Positions 1 to 5,838 of a stretch of 19,367 nucleotides of DNA are shown piece after piece; position 1 is the stretch's first letter; each line of letters opens with the position of its first letter. The notes under the pieces are model-generated. The model had not been told where the DNA came from and made no database searches. It saw only the letters and a program-made list of their open reading frames with translations. The DNA is from Methanobacteriota archaeon (lineage in GTDB: Archaea > Thermoplasmatota > Poseidoniia > Poseidoniales > Thalassarchaeaceae), in NCBI GenBank assembly GCA_002713585.1, contig PATD01000042.1:1-19367 (forward strand), read 5' to 3'. The position numbers were made by a program, and so were the translations under genes.

Positions 1-99
1 ACACAAGTTCCTCAGACACAAGTTCCTCGGACAGCAGTTCCTCGGACACAAGTTCCTCAGACACAAGTTCCTCGGACAGCAGTTCCTCTGACACAAGTC
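1..99 (+). repeat. In-frame 15-bp tandem repeat organised as a 45-bp super-unit (DTSSS-DTSSS-DSSSS), truncated by the window edge
   Basis: Units gacacaagttcctca / gacacaagttcctcg / gacagcagttcctcg occur twice in the same order, followed by a partial unit. Confidence 0.9.
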
Positions 100-305
100 A
101 ACATTCAGAGGGGACCGGTCACAATCCGAATCATAATCCAGCGAATGAAGAATCTGATTCAGTCGATCCCAATTCAGTTTCCCTACAAAATACGGATTCA
201 GAATCTTTCGACCTTTCTGATACGTTACTCATTTTGATACTAATCTCTTTGATTATAATCATCGGTTTGTTGGGCTTCAATTTCTTGAAAGATAGTAGCG
301 ATTAA
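1..305 (+). CDS. 3' end of a truncated surface-protein gene: (D-T/S-S-S-S)n repeat, acidic spacer, C-terminal hydrophobic membrane anchor
   Basis: The frame starting at nt 3 is open from the window edge to TAA at 303-305. It reads DTSSSDTSSSDSSSS... and ends ...SDTLLILILISLIIIIGLLGFNFLKDSSD. It is absent from the ORF track because no start codon lies in the window. Confidence 0.6.
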   Translation, partial: TSSSDTSSSDSSSSDTSSSDTSSSDSSSSDTSQHSEGTGHNPNHNPANEESDSVDPNSVSLQNTDSESFDLSDTLLILILISLIIIIGLLGFNFLKDSSD

Positions 306-1969
306 GAATCCAACCAACGAACTCTCTTGTACACATCTATCTGTCCTTCAGTGAAGTAGTAACTTTGCTCTAATTCATAACTTCCATTGAGGACAAATGT
401 TAGCTCATCATAATTCCACATGTCCTTTTTGTGACCTCGGATATGTATCACTGAATCAGATTCATCATCGATAATTGGCATCAGTTGTCCGATGCCTAAA
501 TCGCCCCAACTCCCATGGGTGTCGATTTCAACATCACTACCCATTCTGCCTAGATAGAGATCCCAAAATCGGGAATATGGTTGACTTACAATGAATACAT
601 CATCCTGGTTTTCAGGCGTATTTTCATCTAACCATTCACTCATCCCTCTGAAATCACATCTCCCCCCTTGTTCATAGTATTCGAAATCATTCACCAACCA
701 ATGCAAGCTGTTTGACGCGAATATTGCCGTGAATGCTAATGCAATCGCCCATGACCATGTTGTCGTACTATCGAGTTTACTTCTTTGAGAATTGAATGCA
801 GAATCCATTAGGTCTATGGTTTTAGAAATCGAACTCCCAAACAAAATGTACCATGCAGGCATTGAGAACACGAAGTATCTCGACACCCAAAGTGGCCGAA
901 CAAGAACAGAGTAGATTACGACCATCAACATACTCCCGCCTCCTACAAACCAAACAAACCATTCAATTTCATTCTCTAATTCACGTTCAGTTTTCATTTT
1001 TCGATGCAAGTACAATATCAACGGAGAAAGAAGCACGAAGTACCACAATGATTCTGCAATGTCAGTTATTGTTCCCCGGTCGTCAAATGCAACAAAATAA
1101 TCGAATAGAGAAACCACGGGTCTTCTCGGTGTATCATTAATCCACATACTATGGTTTGTGCTTGAGGAGTCAAGAAACATCTTCTCCAGCATGAAAATTG
1201 CAACAGATGCCAGAGAGAAGCATATCATCAATCTTTGACCGTGGTTAGAGTTTAGGTAATCACGGATTTTATCGCTTAATCCGATTGGTTCCTGTGTACC
1301 GTGATTGGAAATCGTGGTCTTGATACGGATTATGAAATCACAAATCAGGCCTAGGACGATAGCTAATCCTGCGAGATAGTGAATTAAGTATGCTAGCGTC
1401 AATAATGTGACACTGGTTGCAATCTGTGGTTTTGTCAACCTCTCAGGTTTCCGAATTAAGTAGAACGAGATCCAAATGAATAGTGTCGTGAACATGTAGG
1501 GTCGAAATTCTTGACTGTAGAGTATCGAGAGATATGATACACTCATCATTCCGGCTGCAATGATTCCTGCCTTTTCGTCAGTGTGCTTGCGTGTAAATTC
1601 GCTTACAATGTAAATCAGAATTACTCCGGCAATTGCACTCACAGAGCGGAGCGCATAATCGGATTCAGTACCTACTATTTGGGCCCACCAATATAGTAGC
1701 CAAGTGCCCATGCCTACCATCGAAAGCCATCCTTCCATTGTGTCTCTCCAGTCTCCTCCATCGACTGCATCGAGTGTCGTTAATTCATCAAGCCAGAACG
1801 ATTCTACACCAAGTCCCCGGAATCGTAACATAGCCGAAATAATCAGGATCATGAACAATGAGATTCGATATGCTGCGCTCGCGTCTCTCGGGATGATGCC
1901 CCCAATCTGATTTCTCCCCATACCGATTTCACCACATCTAATCTGCGCATTCTTAGTGTTCTTTGACAT
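302..1969 (-). CDS. Polytopic membrane glycosyltransferase, GT-C fold (family 39/83, PMT/ArnT-like)
   Basis: 555-aa ORF with many hydrophobic segments. The N-terminal region LRFRGLGVESFWLDELTT resembles the first-loop acidic motif region of PMT/ArnT-like enzymes. A soluble C-terminal domain follows. The call rests on motif recognition only. Confidence 0.55.
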   Translation of the reverse strand: MSKNTKNAQIRCGEIGMGRNQIGGIIPRDASAAYRISLFMILIISAMLRFRGLGVESFWLDELTTLDAVDGGDWRDTMEGWLSMVGMGTWLLYWWAQIVGTESDYALRSVSAIAGVILIYIVSEFTRKHTDEKAGIIAAGMMSVSYLSILYSQEFRPYMFTTLFIWISFYLIRKPERLTKPQIATSVTLLTLAYLIHYLAGLAIVLGLICDFIIRIKTTISNHGTQEPIGLSDKIRDYLNSNHGQRLMICFSLASVAIFMLEKMFLDSSSTNHSMWINDTPRRPVVSLFDYFVAFDDRGTITDIAESLWYFVLLSPLILYLHRKMKTERELENEIEWFVWFVGGGSMLMVVIYSVLVRPLWVSRYFVFSMPAWYILFGSSISKTIDLMDSAFNSQRSKLDSTTTWSWAIALAFTAIFASNSLHWLVNDFEYYEQGGRCDFRGMSEWLDENTPENQDDVFIVSQPYSRFWDLYLGRMGSDVEIDTHGSWGDLGIGQLMPIIDDESDSVIHIRGHKKDMWNYDELTFVLNGSYELEQSYYFTEGQIDVYKRVRWLDS

Positions 1970-2003
1970 ATTGAAGAGTCATTTGAATATGAATTGTGCT
2001 GGT

Positions 2004-2021
2004 TTTTAGGCTCACCTAAAA
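2004..2021. promoter_or_regulatory. Candidate operator 1: perfect palindrome TTTTAGG-ctca-CCTAAAA
   Basis: 7-bp arms with a 4-bp spacer in the 110-bp divergent intergenic region between the genes at 302..1969(-) and 2080..3567(+). It shares the TTTAGG-N4-CCTAAA core with the site at 2059-2074. Confidence 0.35.
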
Positions 2022-2058
2022 TGCCCTAAATATCATATATGACCTAATTGTCGGACGT

Positions 2059-2074
2059 TTTAGGCGAGCCTAAA
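2059..2074. promoter_or_regulatory. Candidate operator 2: perfect palindrome TTTAGGC-ga-GCCTAAA
   Basis: The 16-bp palindrome ends 5 bp upstream of the ATG at 2080. It lies about 25 bp downstream of the AT-rich TATA-like stretch aaatatcatatat (2028-2040). Its centre is 54 bp from the centre of site 1. Confidence 0.35.
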
Positions 2075-2079
2075 CTCGT

Positions 2080-3567
2080 ATGGAATGGATACAAATGAAA
2101 ACGCGAACAATGCAAGGAATGACACTAGTTTTACTGATGTTGATGGCAGCTTTTGCCGGATGCGTTGCAGATGACACATCTGATGACACATCTACTAGCA
2201 CAGCAGACACCAGCACAAGTACTGCTGATAGCACCAACAGCACCGCCGATAGCAGTTCATCTGATAGCAGCTCATCTGATAGCAGTTCATCAGATAGCAG
2301 TTCATCTGATAGCAGCTCATCTGATGGTAGTTCTTCAGATGGCAGCAGCAGCGATTCCTCTTCCAGTGGAGGTGCAGCAGTTAGCACAATGGATTCCGAA
2401 GATGGAGGCTACACATACGCTTCCAATGTGGATAACCATCGATCTCTGATGGCTGACATGTGCGACATCAAGACCTACGCCAGCAATGCCCAGTGGACTG
2501 CAGCAAAGGACGTCTACCAGAATGGTAAGAATGCACCTAAGAGCGACGGTTCCTACCGCACCCTTGCAGGATTCGCTGCAGCAGCTGGAAAGCAACACAA
2601 CTACGACATGTTCTACGGAATGAACGGTTCAGTCGATGCTCACATCATGGCCGCTCTAGACGGAACTGGCGACTTTGCGAACACTTCCGACACAGTCCGA
2701 TACCAGGGTGTTGCTAAGCTAACTGCTAACATGGCAATGGTCGCATACACCATCCACGAGTTGAACACTGCAGTCAACAAGGCTGAGGCTGGCAACTGGG
2801 AAAACAATGACTCTGGAGCACCTCACAACTGGGACGAAGGATGGGCATTCTTCCATGGTCCTGATGAGAACGTTGGCTGTGGGCCAGTATCGACTCTCAA
2901 CAAGAGAGCCAACGACTTCGGCACCAAGACCAATACATCATTTGGAGATGTAGCCAACACCACTCATGCTATCACAGACGCAATGGTCGGTGGACTTGCT
3001 GCTCTACAGACAAACGACAGCACTGGATACAATGATGCTGGCGGCGTCGTCGTCAAGAACGTGATCATTGCATACTCTCAGGCAGTCCTGAAGTACACAT
3101 ACAAGATGGACTCCACCACTGATGCTGCTAAGTATCAGGCTGAAGGATACGCATTCTGGAAGACCATCGAAGCTTACGCAGCTGACTACACCGATGCATG
3201 CTACAACAACAAGACCCACACAATGGCTTACGTTGGAGATGCAGCCGATGCTACTGTTTGTGATAACTTTGCATGGTATACCGACTTCTCTATGGGTGGC
3301 GGACCTGCATTCACTGGATGTTACAACGTTGTAAGTCACACTGTGGCTACTGGCGTGAATGAATCCCAGTGTAACGATGGGTTCGGCGCAGTTGGTTCTA
3401 CTGGCATGCCGATGTACTACAACAACTACGGCGCTAGCCAGATGAATGAAGTTCTAGACCTAACGGACGCTACCCAGCTTGGCACATCGTATGATGTGTC
3501 TGCCTGGCTCGCTCCAGTATGGGCTCATTACGGCATCACATCTGATGACATCGGGTCTTACTCCTGA
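2080..3567 (+). CDS. Secreted lipoprotein of unknown function: S/T/D-rich linker plus a ~390-aa globular domain (possibly iron-related)
   Basis: Signal peptide with lipobox (LMAAFAGC), then a ~75-aa low-complexity T/S/D linker including (SSSSD)n. The globular part carries paired motifs NWDEGWAFFHG and AEGYAFWKTIEAY and six further Cys. The ATG at 2095 (MKTRT...) is a plausible alternative start. Confidence 0.75.
   Translation: MEWIQMKTRTMQGMTLVLLMLMAAFAGCVADDTSDDTSTSTADTSTSTADSTNSTADSSSSDSSSSDSSSSDSSSSDSSSSDGSSSDGSSSDSSSSGGAAVSTMDSEDGGYTYASNVDNHRSLMADMCDIKTYASNAQWTAAKDVYQNGKNAPKSDGSYRTLAGFAAAAGKQHNYDMFYGMNGSVDAHIMAALDGTGDFANTSDTVRYQGVAKLTANMAMVAYTIHELNTAVNKAEAGNWENNDSGAPHNWDEGWAFFHGPDENVGCGPVSTLNKRANDFGTKTNTSFGDVANTTHAITDAMVGGLAALQTNDSTGYNDAGGVVVKNVIIAYSQAVLKYTYKMDSTTDAAKYQAEGYAFWKTIEAYAADYTDACYNNKTHTMAYVGDAADATVCDNFAWYTDFSMGGGPAFTGCYNVVSHTVATGVNESQCNDGFGAVGSTGMPMYYNNYGASQMNEVLDLTDATQLGTSYDVSAWLAPVWAHYGITSDDIGSYS
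2248..2367 (+). repeat. In-frame 15-bp tandem repeat encoding (DSSSS)n
   Basis: gatagcagYtcatcW occurs 5 times nearly perfectly (2248-2322), followed by three degenerate units (gatggtagttcttca, gatggcagcagcagc, gattcctcttccagt). Confidence 0.9.
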
Positions 3568-3706
3568 TGATATGGAGTGAATTACAATCGCGAACACGCA
3601 CCGTACGCGGTCTACCGGCTGATCCGTTTGAGAGGCGAACCAACTCTCAATGTCCTCGGACGGGGACGGTGGACCGCGCACTGGTCTGGTGATTAGAGAA
3701 TAAGGA

Positions 3707-5812
3707 ATGATTGAGATGATAGCGAATAAAAAAAGAGCAATTTCCCTGGCAATTCTGATGGTTGTTGGGATGTCTGCCGGATGCCTTTCTGATGACACCG
3801 TTTCGTCTACAGATGACGGTTTGGCTGAGAATCCCGTGGATAGTTTGGTTATTGCATTTGAAGTGAAGGATACTTACACTAACATCGATGACAACCCCCA
3901 ACGTTTAGCTGACTATCTCGCTGAGAAGCTGGATGCTCCCGTAACTTTGTACCCGGTTGATTCCGAAGGTGCAGCCATGGAGGCTTTGCGCTTTGGTAAT
4001 GCGGATATCGGTTTCATGGATGGTGGGGCCGCATGGATTGGCTGGCAACAGTATGATCTTGGTGTGCTTGCTTCTGAGACCAAACCTGATGGGCGAACAT
4101 GGTATGGGGCTCGTGCAGTTGTAATGGCTGATTCAGATATTGCCGCTGCTGATCTTGATAATGATTCAGTCACCGATCCATTTGCTCTTTTCCAGGGTAA
4201 GACCCCGTGTCATACTGGTTGGTTGAAGTCAGCTGGAATGTTGCTTCCCATGGGCTACCTCATTGGAAATGGATATGCAAATGTAATCGGAGATCCGAAT
4301 GATGTTGATTCAATGAGAAATACAATTTTCAATTATTTCAATGAAAACGCTTCAATCCCTGAGTCAGGAGAATTGTACTATAGTTACAAGGGTGCACTTC
4401 GTTGTCTTTCCGAAGATCGTGGCGATATTGCATTTGTTGCAGATTCAACACTTGACTACTATTGTGTTGATCGTAAAGAGAGCAACTCTTGGTGCCTAGA
4501 TGAGGATTTGTATCACGAATTGCCTTTGTTTGGAAAGGCTCCTGGACACCCAGTCATGTATAATCCAGCATTGATGAGCACTGAGAAGGCAGATGCCATA
4601 CGTGATGCATTGGTTGAGATGGATGATGATGATGTAGGCGATGATATCCTAGACGACATCGTGAATTCACCACGTGGTATTGTGGATGTAGGTGGCACTG
4701 AAGCTCACCTTGGCACATATTCGGCAGCGATTCGGAATATTCCCGGAATCCAGGCATACTTCGGCGGTAACTATGGCGTTGTATCAAACTCAACACCTAC
4801 TAAGGATACAATCAGAATTGCATACGAGGTCAAGGATACCTACACAAATGTGGATTCTAACCCTCAGATTCTAGCAGATCGCCTTTCTGATAGATTGGGC
4901 GTTAATGTGGAACTTTACGATGTTAGTTCTGAAGGTGCTATTCTCGAGGCTCTTAGATTCGGTAATGCAGATATTGGATTCATGGATGGAGGAGCTGCAT
5001 GGGTAGGTTGGAAGGAATACGGTCTAGCTGCGTTAGCTGCTGATTTGAAGCCTGATGGCCGTTCATATTACGGTGCACAAGCGTATGTTCGAGCAGATAG
5101 TGACATAGCAGCAGCATATCTTGATGATGATCCATCTACTGATCCTTACGAACTATTCAGAGGAAAGACACCTTGCCACACTGGCTGGCTGAAATCAGCA
5201 GGTATGCTTCTACCGATGGGCTACTTGATTGGTAACGGATATGCCGAAGTTGTCGGCGACCCAGATGACGTCTCTTCTCTCAGAGATACCATCTATAATT
5301 TCTTCAACGAAAATGCATCTATTCCCGAATCTGGTGATTTGTATTACAGTTACGAAGGTGCGCTACGTTGCATGTCATCAGGTCGAGGAGATATCGCATT
5401 TATCGCTGACTCAACTTACGAATTCTATTGTGTTGATCGAAACCGAAATTGGTGCCTAGAGGATGGCGAATATTTGGCCCTCCCTATCTTTGGTAAGGCG
5501 CCGAGCCACCCTGTAATGTATAATCCTGAATTGCTTGATATGGCCACAAGGGCAGCACTGCTTGAAGAGCTGATGGCGATGAATTATGAATCTTGGATTG
5601 AGGAGGGAGATGGTTATTGTTACAACACTAATTCGCGTTCTATTGACGCTAATCTTACTCAGAGTTCCTGTGGTAGTTCGATACTTTCTGAGGTGTTGAA
5701 TACTGGAGGTTTGATTGCAGTGAATACTCAAGAGCACATGGGGAGTTATTCTGATTCAATTTCTTATGTTCCAGGTATTTCTTCATATTTCGAAGATAGA
5801 TACGATATCTGA
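3707..5812 (+). CDS. Bilobal transferrin-family / PhnD-superfamily substrate-binding lipoprotein (putative Fe3+ binding)
   Basis: Signal peptide plus lipobox (GMSAGC). Two tandem ~320-aa copies each carry transferrin-lobe motifs: NADIGFMDGG, (W/Y)YGA(R/Q)A, GKTPCHTGWLKSAG, YYSY(K/E)GALRC, GDIAF(V/I)ADST and AP(G/S)HPVMYNP. The TAAGGA just upstream suggests the ATG at 3716 may be the true start. Confidence 0.85.
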   Translation: MIEMIANKKRAISLAILMVVGMSAGCLSDDTVSSTDDGLAENPVDSLVIAFEVKDTYTNIDDNPQRLADYLAEKLDAPVTLYPVDSEGAAMEALRFGNADIGFMDGGAAWIGWQQYDLGVLASETKPDGRTWYGARAVVMADSDIAAADLDNDSVTDPFALFQGKTPCHTGWLKSAGMLLPMGYLIGNGYANVIGDPNDVDSMRNTIFNYFNENASIPESGELYYSYKGALRCLSEDRGDIAFVADSTLDYYCVDRKESNSWCLDEDLYHELPLFGKAPGHPVMYNPALMSTEKADAIRDALVEMDDDDVGDDILDDIVNSPRGIVDVGGTEAHLGTYSAAIRNIPGIQAYFGGNYGVVSNSTPTKDTIRIAYEVKDTYTNVDSNPQILADRLSDRLGVNVELYDVSSEGAILEALRFGNADIGFMDGGAAWVGWKEYGLAALAADLKPDGRSYYGAQAYVRADSDIAAAYLDDDPSTDPYELFRGKTPCHTGWLKSAGMLLPMGYLIGNGYAEVVGDPDDVSSLRDTIYNFFNENASIPESGDLYYSYEGALRCMSSGRGDIAFIADSTYEFYCVDRNRNWCLEDGEYLALPIFGKAPSHPVMYNPELLDMATRAALLEELMAMNYESWIEEGDGYCYNTNSRSIDANLTQSSCGSSILSEVLNTGGLIAVNTQEHMGSYSDSISYVPGISSYFEDRYDI
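3839..5797 (+). repeat. Internal tandem duplication of a whole binding-protein lobe (aa ~45-352 and ~367-697)
   Basis: The two halves align colinearly and are roughly two-thirds identical by eye. Long identical runs include KTPCHTGWLKSAGMLLPMGYLIGNGYA and FNENASIPESG. Confidence 0.85.
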
Positions 5813-5838
5813 AATCAGGATGGGGGGTCAGACCAAAT

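Noticed and set aside
853-1910. Plus-strand ORFs 853..1140, 1633..1833 and 1704..1910
   Set aside because: They are short ORFs antisense to the long GT-C membrane-protein gene. They have no motifs and an odd composition.
2004-2074. Canonical 19-bp DtxR/IdeR box or Fur box
   Set aside because: Only the TTAGG/CCTAA half-sites match. My best hand alignment to TTAGGTTAGGCTAACCTAA gave about 12 of 19 positions, and the arm spacing is different. I therefore report it only as a novel palindrome with DtxR-like half-sites.
1-2367. Short tandem repeats as a possible CRISPR array or satellite
   Set aside because: The units are 15 bp with no unique spacers. They sit in frame inside ORFs and encode a simple Ser/Asp peptide. 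The 141-144-bp repeats at 18001-19158 are likewise coding, with no spacer structure.
2070-2598. ORFs 2070..2387(-), 2153..2449(+) and 2335..2598(-), with leucine/serine or histidine-rich repeats
   Set aside because: These are alternative-frame and antisense readings of the 15-bp Ser/Asp repeat inside the lipoprotein gene. They are low-complexity artefacts.
3460-3901. Minus-strand ORFs 3460..3798 and 3647..3901 spanning the GC-rich spacer
   Set aside because: They overlap the ends of two well-supported plus-strand genes and have no recognisable domains. They are probably a by-product of local GC richness.
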